Shown here: piece by piece, positions 11,374 through 24,808 of the stretch
Position numbering within the stretch: the first letter of the stretch is position 1
How the letters are laid out: every line of letters begins with the position of its first letter
DNA from: Paraspadella gotoi
Lineage: Eukaryota > Animalia > Chaetognatha
Direction: 5' to 3'
Length of the DNA: 64,000 bases
Assembly (NCBI GenBank): GCA_051294375.1
Contig: CM119266.1
Span: 24,431,897-24,495,896, forward strand
Notes under the pieces: generated by a model
Told to the model about the DNA's origin: nothing
What the model saw: the letters and a program-made list of their open reading frames with translations, nothing else
Databases searched by the model: none
Program-made: the position numbers and the translations under genes

Positions 11374-13843
11374 CCAAGGAAGAGGAAGCAAGGAAAGGAG
11401 AAGGCGAAAGGGATTAAGGTCCTCCTAAAAAACAGTTTTTATGGCATCCCGCAGATAATTCAATTTTACTGCGCACTAGTAACATAAATCTTCGTCCTGA
11501 TTCGGCGAGCTCTGGATTTTTTACGGGCCGATAAAACCGCGAAAAACTAAGTGTTTAAAAACGCGTTTTTCGAAGATGGAGGAACACAATGTTTCCTTTA
11601 GAGGCTTTTAAAACTTGGCCGATGCCGCCGCCGCTGCCGCCGCTCCTGCCGCCTTAGTTGTTGTGATTGCGAAGAAACGATGAGAGAAAATGGGACACGT
11701 TGAAAGATGAAGCGGTAAAGCAAGAATTTAAAATATCCAAACGCAGTCCAATCCTATTACGTTTAGGTTTTCTGACCAATCTCCCTATTATCATCAATCT
11801 TTTTGTCCGCACGGTTACTATTCATCGCTTAGTTTACTTTCCTTCTTCTTTTATATTTTATTTGCCGCTCCTAAGCCTTTTCTTTCTTTCTTNNNNNNNN
11901 NNNNNNNNNNNNNNNNNNNNNNNNNNNNNNNNNNNNNNNNNNNNNNNNNNNNNNNNNNNNNNNNNNNNNNNNNNNNNNNNNNNNNNNNNNNNNNNNNNNN
12001 NNNNNNNNNNNNNNNNNNNNNNNNNNNNNNNNNNNNNNNNNNNNNNNNNNNNNNNNNNNNNNNNNNNNNNNNNNNNNNNNNNNNNNNNNCTCCCTCTCTC
12101 TCTTCCTCTCGCTCTCAATCAAATCTAATCCCGAGCTTTTTCCCCCAGCCATTCGGTTATACCCTTCGCCATATCATCGAAAATAGTTTTTTTTGATCGA
12201 CAGTTATGAAACATTCATGGCCGAATAAAGAAAACTGGGAGCTGAGGGGGGAAACCGTTTTTTTTTTTTTTCTTTCTTTCTTTTTTTCTCATATTTTTTT
12301 CCTATTTCAATGGTGCGCAAAAAGAAAGTTTTTTTTTTTAAATCCACTTTGAAACCAAAGCCGCACGGAAAACTCGACTAAATTCGATGGGCATTCTTGA
12401 GTTTTAACAATATTGTAAAGGTTGTACTAACATAGTAGTTTAGAATAGTATTGACAGTCAATTTCTTCAACTTTTCAAAACGGCATACGTTTTCGACGTC
12501 GGCCGACGCTCTTCCCCGTTCTTCTGCTGTTGTCGTTATTTTTTTTTTCATGGGCGTTTCTCGACGTTTTATCGGTCATATTTCGTCGTTTACTTTGCGG
12601 TAACGAAAAAAAAAAAGGAGCCGAGATGATCTGGAAAAGATCTTCATCGCTGTCGTCGTCGCTGTCGTCGTTTATGTCGTCGTCCGGTGACGTGGACATT
12701 GTTTCGACCCTTTTTGTTTACCCGTCGCANNNNNNNNNNNNNNNNNNNNNNNNNNNNNNNNNNNNNNNNNNNNNNNNNNNNNNNNNNNNNNNNNNNNNNN
12801 NNNNNNNNNNNNNNNNNNNNNNNNNNNNNNNNNNNNNNNNNNNNNNNNNNNNNNNNNNNNNNNNNNNNNNNNNNNNNNNNNNNNNNNNNNNNNNNNNNNN
12901 NNNNNNNNNNNNNNNNNNNNNNNNNNNNNNNNNNNNNNNNNNNNNNNNNNNNNNNNGGTTTAGAAATCCCAACTACTTGGCTTCAAAACCGTCCGACGAG
13001 GCCGTAACTTTGATTAACGGATACAAAAACAAAGCTTAAAGACAACATTTTCGACTATATATTTTATTAACAAGGCATAAAGCTCGAAAAATCTCCCCCT
13101 TCCCATTCTTCGGTTTTCTTGTTTTATTCGCCAAACGACGTCATCGGCTCTTAATCGTAATTCGTGGCTCAAGATTAACTTCTCCTTCGACATTTTTGAG
13201 ATGTTTACATTTTAGGACCCATAAAATTCTTATGCTGTCGCAATAATTTTGACGCGGTTTTTTTTTTAGTTGTTGTGGTCAGTCGTTGTTCTCTTTTTTT
13301 TGGCAGTTGGGGTTGCGTTCAATTATCATTTCGCATTAGACGAAAGTTTAAAGATACATTAAAAATATTATTCGCCCAAAAGAAGTGGATCTAACGGCGC
13401 AATGATCTTATGTTTACCTTCCACCATAATATCTTTAACTAACACCAGATGACCAGGTTTTGCTCGTTACAGATTCTTGCACAATACTATAAAAGTCTAC
13501 CTCGTCTTTTGCCATCAAAAGAAAAAAAAATTCTTGTCCTGAAAGATGTTTTGGGGAAAACGTTTCATCTTTGGCGCGATGACAATTACTGCAAGTGAGG
13601 GGGGGGGAGACAGCGGAATTTTTAGAATTTTATTCAAGTTAATAGAAAAAAGGTTTCGTTTAATTTTTTTTTTTTTAAGCCTTTGACGTAAGCTATGAGA
13701 TCACGTGTCTTTCTCAAACTGGTTTTTGTCAGCTTCAAGTACGTAACTATCTTTTTAAATGTTGTATTTTTTATTTTATTTATCGTATCCGGGTTCCATA
13801 TGATTTAAATGCGAAGAAAAAATAACTAAAAATTGGTCATTAG

Positions 13844-14449
13844 TAGCCATAGCCGATGAAATTTAAATGCTAATGTATACAGCGTTAAAATAATCTATCA
13901 AGACCATAGATTATGGTATTAAAATATTTTTTGTCAAAAATGCTTTCTTCTGAGGGTACTAGCCTAATTAAAAATATTATATTACTATATAGAGCAAACA
14001 AATTTTTTTTTAAATCTTAAAATTTTTTGATGGATTCTGATAGAGCATAAAAAGTTAAACAAGAAATATAATTACAGCTTTTAAAAATTCTTACGTTTTC
14101 TAAGTGAAAATATAAAAAACTGATAAAATCATCAGAAGATGATGATGATGATGATTTTATACGGTTTTTCTTATTTTTGATACACTTATCGTAAAAATAT
14201 TTAAAAAAGAATTATACTTTGTGTAGACAACTTTTTATGAGCTATGTGAATCTGGTCTTAAAATTTAAAATTTCTAAAAAAATTTTTTGGCCTTTCCTAT
14301 CTATAAATAAATATTAAAAAAAAAATTACTAGGGTATAGAGCCATATTAGAAATTTTTTGTCCATTGAAAGTATTCTTAAAAATGTCTAAATATTCGTTT
14401 GAGCATGTACTCACTCTAAATTTTTGACTCACCCCATTGAGTGCGGCTA
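13844..14449 (-). mobile_element. AT-rich dispersed repeat, copy 2 (inverted relative to copy 1)
   Basis: Homologous to 3682-4248, differing largely by substitutions, which indicates real divergence rather than read noise. Its ends form a short inverted repeat, (G)TAGCC...GGCTA(C). Confidence 0.7.
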
Positions 14450-16911
14450 CCCCTAGTCATTAGTTTTGAAAAATGTTAATTACACATATTCAAAATATCA
14501 AAATACACAAAAATTCTAAAGTTTCTCTTCGGTAGTTCTACTTTAGCAGCAACGCCTTCATTTTTCTTTCATGCCAGTCCAAACTGGCAAACAACCCAAC
14601 TGAGCGATTCCTTTTTTCACAACTCCCTCCCTCGGACGCGATTCACCGGCCCGGTTCACAACGGATAATGTCACGCTAGCATTTGGGAGCCAATTCGTGA
14701 GGCAACCGGGAAGACGGAAGTGGGCGACGGGTGTCTCGGCTTGAGCAAGGCTGCTATAAGGAGACTAAGAAAGAAGGCACTGGATAGAAGGGGGCGTGGA
14801 GATAAAGTGGGGGGCGTGGGCGCTCGACGTTGTTTCACGGGAGGAGTTTTACTGCGACGCCGTCATCGTCTAGTGAATTCCTTTACAACGACGCGAGTAC
14901 GAGTCCGACCTTTGGAAGGGAAGACGCGTTGGGAGAGAGAGAGAGAGAGNNNNNNNNNNNNNNNNNNNNNNNNNNNNNNNNNNNNNNNNNNNNNNNNNNN
15001 NNNNNNNNNNNNNNNNNNNNNNNNNNNNNNNNNNNNNNNNNNNNNNNNNNNNNNNNNNNNNNNNNNNNNNNNNNNNNNNNNNNNNNNNNNNNNNNNNNNN
15101 NNNNNNNNNNNNNNNNNNNNNNNNNNTTTTTTTTTTGTCTTTTCTCATTTCGCTTTTCTTTTCTTTTGTTATCTCCTTTCTTTTTTAAGATTTCCTTTTT
15201 TTTTAATATAACCTTTTGATTTTTTTTAGCATCCCTCATGAATGCAAATTCAATTATTCTTGCAAACCCAATGTTATCGTTCCGATAGTTATCAAGTCAG
15301 TTCATCTCATTAATGAAATTTTAATAGGAATTTACTCATCAAAAAATTGTAATGGCAAATTTGTATCCCTATCATTTTAACAAAAAGTGTTAAACATTTT
15401 TCATATTTTTTCACATTAACTTTTCGATATTACTCCACCTCTAAACCCTTACATACCCAAACGCTTTACTTCACCTCCACGAGCATACGCATTGCCCATT
15501 TTCTCTTCGGGCGCGGCTTCGACCCAATCTCATCTCTAATCTCAACAGAGCCTCACGTTCCACCCCAACCCTTTGCTCATCTGTCTTGTGAATACATTCA
15601 CTTCACTTTCCTTTTACGTTTAGTTTGAATCTCATCTTTGAATTTCAAATTTTATATTTCAATGATTCAGGTTCTGTTTTACCAATTTCATGTTCAATTT
15701 CTGCGAGCTGTGTCAGCCCAATTTTCTTTCTGACTCTCTTTAGATCGACCCCCCTATCCCATTTTCAGTTCTCCCAACCTTTTCGTTCTATTCCCCTTTT
15801 TCTATCCCTCCTCTCTCCCTCTCTCCCATTTACCCTTTTCCTATTTTCCCATTCACCGAATTTCGCCGGAATTCCATCCCTTTATTCGCGGTACTACATG
15901 CTTAATCAAGGATCCAACCAGCGGNNNNNNNNNNNNNNNNNNNNNNNNNNNNNNNNNNNNNNNNNNNNNNNNNNNNNNNNNNNNNNNNNNNNNNNNNNNN
16001 NNNNNNNNNNNNNNNNNNNNNNNNNNNNNNNNNNNNNNNNNNNNNNNNNNNNNNNNNNNNNNNNNNNNNNNNNNNNNNNNNNNNNNNNNNNNNNNNNNNN
16101 NNNNNNNNNNNNNNNNNNNNNNNNNNNNNNNNNNNNNNNNNCTCTCTCTCTCTCTTTTTCCTCGCTTGGTCCCTCCATTCATATTCTATTCAAATTCAAT
16201 ACGGCCAATTATTCCGAAGCTCATCTGTTACAGTTTTTCGCAATTTACATCAAAATATTTTGGCTTTTTTCCCTCCAGACTTCGATCCAAAAAAAGGGCA
16301 AGTTGAAAGACGAAGAAGAAAAGAAAGACAGACAGACAGAAAAAAAAAGAAATATAGTAAGCAAAGTCAATGGTAAATAAGCTTGAATAATAACACCCAA
16401 AAATATTCTGAATTTGGTGCTTCCAGCGGGCTCGAGAAAAAAAAAGCACCAGAGTCATAGAAAATTAAGAGCTCTGATTTATATTTAGAACAAAATTTCC
16501 ATTTTTTTCGATGAAAATGGATACTTTTTTAGGTCATTAAAGTTTTTAAAAAAATTAATATTCACGTTTAAAAATCCGCCTCCGTTAAAATCGCGCAAAA
16601 ATTTTGTTTTAACCTTGAAGAGAAAAACTGACCTCTGACCTCATTTTCTCCCCGTTTCTAATTTCGTACTCACTTTTTTTTTNNNNNNNNNNNNNNNNNN
16701 NNNNNNNNNNNNNNNNNNNNNNNNNNNNNNNNNNNNNNNNNNNNNNNNNNNNNNNNNNNNNNNNNNNNNNNNNNNNNNNNNNNNNNNNNNNNNNNNNNNN
16801 NNNNNNNNNNNNNNNNNNNNNNNNNNNNNNNNNNNNNNNNNNNNNNNNNNNNNNNNNNNNNNNNNNNNNNNNNNNNNNNNNNNNNNNNNNNNNNNNNNNN
16901 NNNNNNNNNNN

Positions 16912-16937
16912 CGCCGCGCCCCGCCGCCCCCCTCTTG
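16912..16937 (+). CDS. 3' end of a probable exon mostly hidden in the gap 16683-16911
   Basis: GC-rich CGCCGCGCCCCGCCGCCCCCCTCTTG followed by a consensus GTAAGT donor (16938-16943). A branch-point-like TACTCAC and poly-T tract lie immediately before the gap. Coding status is unproven. Confidence 0.35.
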
Positions 16938-19900
16938 GTAAGTTTCGTCTCGTTTTTGCTCGACTTCCTCGACTGCCTTGTCCCGACTGATTTGGTCTTG
17001 GCAGTTCCGGTATGAAGGAAGTTTTCTTTTAAACTGAATGTGCGGAGGTAAGTGAGTTTGATATAAAAAGATGGAGTTTTATACTATCTAGTCGAGAGAG
17101 ATATTTTTATTTTTAACCGCTTCCATCGCAGAAAATTTTACTGAAATGACGTAAATCCAAAGCTTGACATGTTCTTAATTTTCATCGAAGAATAAATCGT
17201 TTTAAGATAAACTATGTTGGAGCATTAAAGTAAATAACTCTTTTTGAAAAGTCTCATGCTTAGTTCAAAATGGCCAATCATTCCTTTTCCGTAAATTCAA
17301 CAACAACAACGACAAAATGCATCTGATTGCATCTCCCTCGCACCTTTTATTTTTCTTTTTTCGTTTCACGGATGAAAATGAAAAATTCTTTCCGATTTTC
17401 TTTTCTTATCTTTAAATCGGCGGCATAACTTTTCCGCCGTCAGACCGCTACGCTCTCCATCTTGGATTTGAGACTTTTAATTTTTCCAAACTCTTGTGAG
17501 ATGAAGGAAAGATAGNNNNNNNNNNNNNNNNNNNNNNNNNNNNNNNNNNNNNNNNNNNNNNNNNNNNNNNNNNNNNNNNNNNNNNNNNNNNNNNNNNNNN
17601 NNNNNNNNNNNNNNNNNNNNNNNNNNNNNNNNNNNNNNNNNNNNNNNNNNNNNNNNNNNNNNNNNNNNNNNNNNNNNNNNNNNNNNNNNNNNNNNNNNNN
17701 NNNNNNNNNNNNNNNNNNNNNNNNNNNNNNNNNNNNNNNNNNNNNNNNNNNNNNNNNNNNNNNNNNNNNNNAGAAAGAGCCGAAGATTTATGGAGGTTAA
17801 AATAAATTTGTTTGATTTGAATATGCGCGCTCCATTCTTAAAAATAGGACTTGATGAGAACGTCTATTTCGGGTATTTTTTTTCTTCTTTTTTTCATAGA
17901 AGAGAAGATGAGCAGAGAGATCCCTCGCGCTCGCTCAGTCGCCCTGTCTCTCTCCCCTTCTCGCGTCGCTACTGCGACGTTGGAAAGCGAACTCCGTCGA
18001 ACCCCTCCCCCTCCCCCCCCCCCTCTTCCGAGCTCGTGTTGTTTGGCGAGGAGGTGCGGGCTGTCTGCGGTCGGCGGTGCGTGTCAGCGTCGGCTCGCTC
18101 GTGCATCGAGTGTTTCGGTCTCAGAATTCATGTTTACTCGTTCTGACTCTCATTCGTATGATCTCGATTATGAGGTGCCTCCTATATATACATTAATTCG
18201 TATTCGATTATGACTCCGGAAGGAGCGAGAGCCATGTAGTTGCGCGGAGAAATATGAGAGACATCATTCTAGTTTAGCACTTAGTATTTTACGTTCGGGA
18301 CTAATTCACCGCTATAGTCTAAACATACGTCTATTGAGGTCTTTTTATCACGGAGTAGATCCAGGCCTTGCCGAATCCAAATAGGGAGATCTAGAGATGC
18401 CAAGGAGCAAGAGATTGGATAGAGAGTGAGTACAACGCTAAGTATAGACTACAGAGCTGATCACACGCATATTCATTTGAGAGAAACATGATCCATATAT
18501 TAAGGCAAACGAGAGTCTATTTCGGTAAAATATATGGGTCTAATACCTCACTTGTATTATAAATAACTATTCTCTTATCATTTGAATTATATAATTAATG
18601 ATACTGAGGATTAAATGGTGGCCCTAAAAATCTGTTCCTCTATCTTTGAATCTTTGTAAAGACATCGTTCGTAAAAAGAAGGAGACAGCACTATACGCAG
18701 CAGTCATCCAGAAACATTAAGGATGACGCATTGCTGCTCGATCAAATTATAGATATTCTGTCTTAACCGCACACACCACGCTATTTCGTACTTCCTCTTA
18801 TTCTTTATCTAATCACGTATTGCAACCAGCATAATTGCCGCACGCCTATCGTCTCTACTAAATTTTATGAGGTAACTGAGATCAGTTTATATATAATATC
18901 TCATTCATTTACTGCACGACTGAATTAAGTATTACAATTTTCACTTACGCCTTTCTTTCCAGTACATATTGAATATAACGCGTGAGAGGACAATATTTAA
19001 AGAGATTTCAGTTGAGATTTATTTATAACCTCTTTTCTGTATGTGATTACACATACTTGATCTCTGCGACTCTAGACCTCTCAGATCTTTCTATTTTAAT
19101 TTTATAAAAGAATTGTTAAAACACACTGAGTTTTTTTCTGTGCACTCCTTAATTTCGAGTACTCAGAGTAATTATGATATTTATTTTGAGAGATTAAGGA
19201 CGACTCGAAGGTACCGCACGTGGCACAGTGTCAGCTAGAAAGCCATTTTGACTCCCAAGTAATTATGTCTTTTTTGAGAGCCTCTACCAATACTAGTCTA
19301 CACTTCTGTTATTTGTATTAGACTCTCTTTCTGCAACGCCTGCGCGCCTATTCCCCCCGTTCAGTCTCAGTATCCGCCTTAACCATTCTTCACCCATCGG
19401 TCTCTATGCGCCATCCCCTATCGTCCTTACCATTGAGAGACTCACACGAGCTGACAAACTCTATAATATCTGTCAAATTACCATATGAGTCGCGTCCCGC
19501 GCCTTTCTCCGCGCACTTGCCGCACCGCCTCGCCAGAGAACCCCTTCACCGTAGTGATGAATGTTCATTTCGAGCTCGTTCATTGAAACGTGCGTACAGA
19601 ACTTTATCAACTCCGAAGCTTTTGGAATAGAGTCTTTGAGGTCGCCCCCGACTGGGTTATCTGCATATGAGGTTTGCAATAGAAGCTATCCGGTATATAT
19701 CTGAAATAGGAAACGTTACTCTCCTTTTGGTGTAGCAACTAGAGAGTATATGTGCGGATGGTAAGTGTAAGTATATATTGGACATACAGGAGATGATATT
19801 ACAGGGAGTCTACCATAAAAATTAATCAGCCAATATACTAGCGAAGAGAGGGCATAAGATAATATTATCTTGCAAACAGACACGAACGGACGGTTTTGCT

Positions 19901-21829
19901 CTCTGGCATTCCATGCCGAACATGTCTAGATAATTACACTCCTTACTCCTTGAATGACGTAAATCCGCTTGACATCTTTTTGCGGTTATATCGCGGTAAT
20001 GTTTAGTAATCGTGCTCCAATACAGATTCACATCACTGGCTGAATGGTTAGCGCACCGCCCATAGCTATCTGCCCTTACCAGGAGTAAGCCACTCGTAGA
20101 TGATAGTCCTACATTATATCTCTATCGAATCGCGAGAGGACAGAGTACGCATGCATTGAGTTAAAGATACCAAAATGAACGCAGTCAGAACTACATAATT
20201 TTCTCTTATCGACTCGTATCCACACTGCTCGAGAGATCCCAACTACCAATCTTCACAACACCCGCCACCCACGCCTTCGATCTCATTGTCTAACCTCCTT
20301 TCTCCCTTCTTCTCGTTTTTCCCCCCTCCAGAGAGACTGTACAACGTCTCCTTAACGACCTACCGAAGAGTTTACAGGCCGCGTTAAATCACCTATCTCC
20401 TTTCTCTCTTCCTTCAGTTTTCACGGATGATAGAATTAAAAGGGTTCCACCATATATATTTCCCGCTTCATCTATTATCTTATTCACTATGACACACTTC
20501 GCGTGCGCGTCATTAACTTAACCTTACTGTTCGCCGCGACCACCAGCTTATCTTCTAAGGGTCTCAAGTCGATTGGAATTTGAGACGATGTATATATTCT
20601 TCTCCAACTCTTGTGACACACTAAGGATACACGGATCTGAGGCGTAGAGCAAGTAGGAAGTTTCAGGACGCAGAGTACCGCACCGAGTAGAGAGATGCCC
20701 ATAGTTCACGTATTGCAGTCTAATTGCCTCCACCGTGATATCACATTTGCCGTATTTCCGCGAATCCACCATTTGCCGACTCCCGCCACGGAGGAGTCGG
20801 TCATCATGCTCTCCTCCAGCAGCAGACGAACGAGACGAATGTACAGCCAGTTGGGAGAGTTTCGCGAGTCGGACCCCATTCTTAATATATTCTCTCTTCG
20901 TTTCCTTCACGTTTTAGCAACACGAACACGCCAGAGACCGCCCCATCGGGCCCATTGATTCCTCTTACTTGCCGAACCGCCTCTTCAACTATTTTACCGG
21001 GAGATTTGCCCGTAGAATCTTTGGTGGTATACTATATATATATGAGATATCACGCTGCGGATTCGAAGATTCTGGCGCGCCGATGCTCGCACACAGACTA
21101 TATTTCTGATATCGAAACTGAGATAACGCAACGACGACGAACGGAGACGACTTGATGACGAGACAGAACAAATACACACACGTCAACTCTACTGATTGAC
21201 GGAACGTCTAAGAATGTATTTGTGGATTCTCCTTCGATCTATCTTACTGATGACCTGGACTGAATAAAATTGTTATCAGATTTTAGGCTGTATATGAATA
21301 TCTTCTAAAAGGTATATGCTTGCTCGTCTATCTCAAATTTTTCCTTATCTTCTAACCCATTACTCAAAACTTCAACTTTTGACGTTGGAATCGACTATGT
21401 TCTTTCACAGATTCGGCGTCCAATGTCACATACATAGTGTCGTTAAAATGTCGTCGTAGGTGACTTGTAAGTCAGAGAGTCGTCCGTCGTGATACGAGAG
21501 AGATATCACCATAGAGGCGCGACAGAGGTGGAAGAGGAGGAGGAGAAGGAGGAGGAGGAAAGTGAGTGTGACTTATCATTAATTTTCCGTTTCTCTTCTT
21601 GCTCCTTCTGCGACACTGGACCAACACTATCTAAAGAGGATGAAAAGCAGATTACAGGGCAACAACGATCGGCTATGGTGCGATCATCGGTTTCGCGCAG
21701 AGACGGTGGCGAGGGAACGATAAGAAGGAATGAAGTGACATGAGCAGGACATGCAGGATGCGAATGCTCAATGATATGCAATTAAAAGATACTGAACAAA
21801 TGGCGTGAATAGAATATAAAGAATATATA

Positions 21830-22350
21830 TTGAATAAGCTTGCTTTATGAAGTTGAATTAACAGATTGAATGAATTGATGAAATGAAAGCCAGTGACTCT
21901 TGGAATTAATGAAGTTGAATCAGATTAATATGATGAATAACATAAATGAATGCATGAATAGAATGAATAGAATGAATGGATGAATGAAATGAATTCATGA
22001 CATGAATGAATGAATGTCAACTGAATGAAGGAATGAATTAATTTCATATCTGTATCATATTCATTATTAAAATTTAATTCAATTTATCTTAATTAATTAA
22101 TTAAATTAATCTTAATTGAATGAATGAATTGAATGACTTGCAATGGGATCAATCACAATGGTGGGAATCAAAACACCCCAAAGAATAGAAAGGAAAGAAA
22201 AAAGTAATATACATTCAATCAAGATTGACATTAATGATATCGAATGCAATGAAACTGGGCAACTAAATGAATACAGAATATAATACTTGTGCAAGATGGA
22301 TGAATGATTGAATTGAAAAGAATGGATAAATTATTAATCTTAAATGAAAT
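21830..22350. repeat. Degenerate (GAAT)n tract
   Basis: Dense TGAATGAAT units with heavy indel noise. Confidence 0.6.
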
Positions 22351-22573
22351 GATTATTCTCTGCATAGTCTTACTTCTTACCATATCATTTGTAACTTTAG
22401 TATAGTAGAGCTTTTAGGGGCACAATGTGGCCCAAAGCCCGTTTTCCTTAATACAAATCATCCTCATACATCACATCTCTCATGCCTCTCTCTCTCTCAA
22501 TCATCTCATCATCGTCCTCTCTTCTCTCTCTCGTTCTCTCATCTTTCTACCCCTCTTCATTTTTCATCATCTA

Positions 22574-22598
22574 NNNNNNNNNNNNNNNNNNNNNNNNN
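22574..22598. other. Fixed-length 25-N assembly gap (one of six)
   Basis: Exactly 25 N at 22574, 41332, 47630, 52442, 56507 and 63478; exactly 10 N at 41720, 45562, 49755 and 56208. Confidence 0.9.
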
Positions 22599-23139
22599 CT
22601 ATTAGATATATTTTTCAATCCCTTTTATACGTTCTTTAAATTGTAATACATATAAAACAAAACAAAAACCAAACCGAATTACATAACATTAAACTTTCTC
22701 CTCCTTATTTTTTCCCTTCTTTCAATTATTTTCGGATCGGATTTTTTCTCAAATTCCTCGTCACGAAACCCGAAGCCGAAGGCTTCTCTTCTTTCCTTGA
22801 TATTCGATTCCTATTATGGGAAGATAATTGAATACGTGGAAATATTCCACTTTCCCAACTTTGTAATATATAGTATACAACACGTCCTTGTTTTTTCGCA
22901 GATTAATTTAAATGCCGTTCTTTTTTTTTAATAGGAGAAGAAGAAAAAGATTATTTAATTCCGTCTCGGTTCCCAACTCAGAGAGAACAATTACGGAACA
23001 GGAAAAACAGACCGACGAGAGACGACCCGACGACGACGGAGCGAGCGGAAAAACTGTGCATTCATCTAATAAAAGAATCATTAGAAGGATGAGGAGCGCG
23101 TTAGGCGACTGAAGCAAGGGGGACCGACGATAGAGAGAG

Positions 23140-23170
<31 letters not shown>

Positions 23171-24018
23171 GAGAGAGAGAGAGGAAGAGAAGAGAGAGAG
23201 AAGAAGAGAGAGAAGAGAAGAGAGAGACAGATTAAGAGATAAGAGAGAGAGAGAGAAGAGAGAGAGAGAAGAGAGAGAGAAGAGAAGAGGGAGGAGGGGA
23301 GAAAAGGAAGGAAAACCCCGCTTCCGCATTCCAGGGGCAACGAGGATTCGTAGATGGACAAAAAAAGGGAGGCGAACAGACAGAGAAATTTATAAAATTA
23401 AGATCAGGAGAAATTTATTGAAGCGGTAAGAATTCGATCGGCGGCGGACGCGCACGGCAAGAACCTCCTTCACAATCCAAGTTAAGGAAAAAAAAATGGT
23501 GCCACCACTCGAAGGGCAAAAAAGTGTGTGCGGACCTATCCGGGATTGGAACCCGAGCACTGTGAGTGCAGGGGTATGATTGAGAGAAGAGGAAGAGAAT
23601 AGTCTATCAGCTGGCTTGATAAATTAAAGAAAGATCAAAGAAATGAAAGAGACAAGACCCTTCCTTTTTACTTTCCCTTCCTCCTTAGCTCGTCTTTAGG
23701 CTTTAATTTCCGCGCGCGCTTGCACCGATGCGCCCCACGCCCCCCGCTCTTGTCTCCTCTTAACTCATAAAAAGTTTTGAATTGGTCCTAAAAAGAAGAA
23801 AAAAAGAAAAAAATAGAAAAATGAAATTCCCGTTAAAATACCGGAAATCGATCGAATTGGTCTTCCTCGTTACGATACGCCGTTTTCCCGCCGAAGAATT
23901 TAATGTCGCGCTTTCTCTCTCCTCTCTCTCTTTCTAATGAGCCGCGAAGACAAAGGAGGGGAAAAAAAGCGGAAGGTGAAATCTGCGTATGAGAAAAAAG
24001 AGAGAAGGGAGAAGAGGA

Positions 24019-24059
<41 letters not shown>

Positions 24060-24765
24060 AGAGAGAAGAGAGAGAGGGAGCAGAGAGAGTAGAGAGTAAG
24101 TCCTTACATTTTATAAGAAAATCATCATCACGCTATCGGTTATACTTAAAAGAGGTATGATACTAATTTGTGGCAAGTAGGTCTTTTCGCCTTCTTGTTT
24201 GCAATAGTTGTATTGCACAAGTCTTTCGTTAACAACAGTGTCCGACACTATTGTTTTGTAACGAAACAGCGAGATTCCAGAAGGAATAGAAAAAGTGTAA
24301 GGCTCGTGTCCGTAATGTACGTATCTTTTTTCAGGTGCTTTTTGTCCATTTCTTCCTTTCCTGTCGTTTGTATTTAGCTATCTTTGTTTTCTTTCTCATC
24401 CTTTTCTCTCTTTACGCTAACTTTTTCCCCTTTTTTCCTTTCCCTTTTTCGGCTTTTTCTCTTCCTTTTTTTTTCACCTCCTCGCTCTCACCTTAAAATT
24501 ATCTTCCCGGCGAGGTTAAATGAATATTACTGGGCCATCCGACGGGGCTCTACCCTCCTCCTCATAACGCCGAGTAAATATGACAATAGGATGGAGACAC
24601 AGGAAACGGAGAAAGTGAAAGATGACAAAAAAAAATTGCTTGTGATTCGTACTGAACCCGATTTTCGTTTCCTCTTTCTCAGGAAAAAAAAAGAATATGT
24701 TCAAAGCGGACCCATTATTTTCCCATTTTTCGCATTTTTCACTAAATTCAGCGAGACAGAATAAT

Positions 24766-24808
<43 letters not shown>

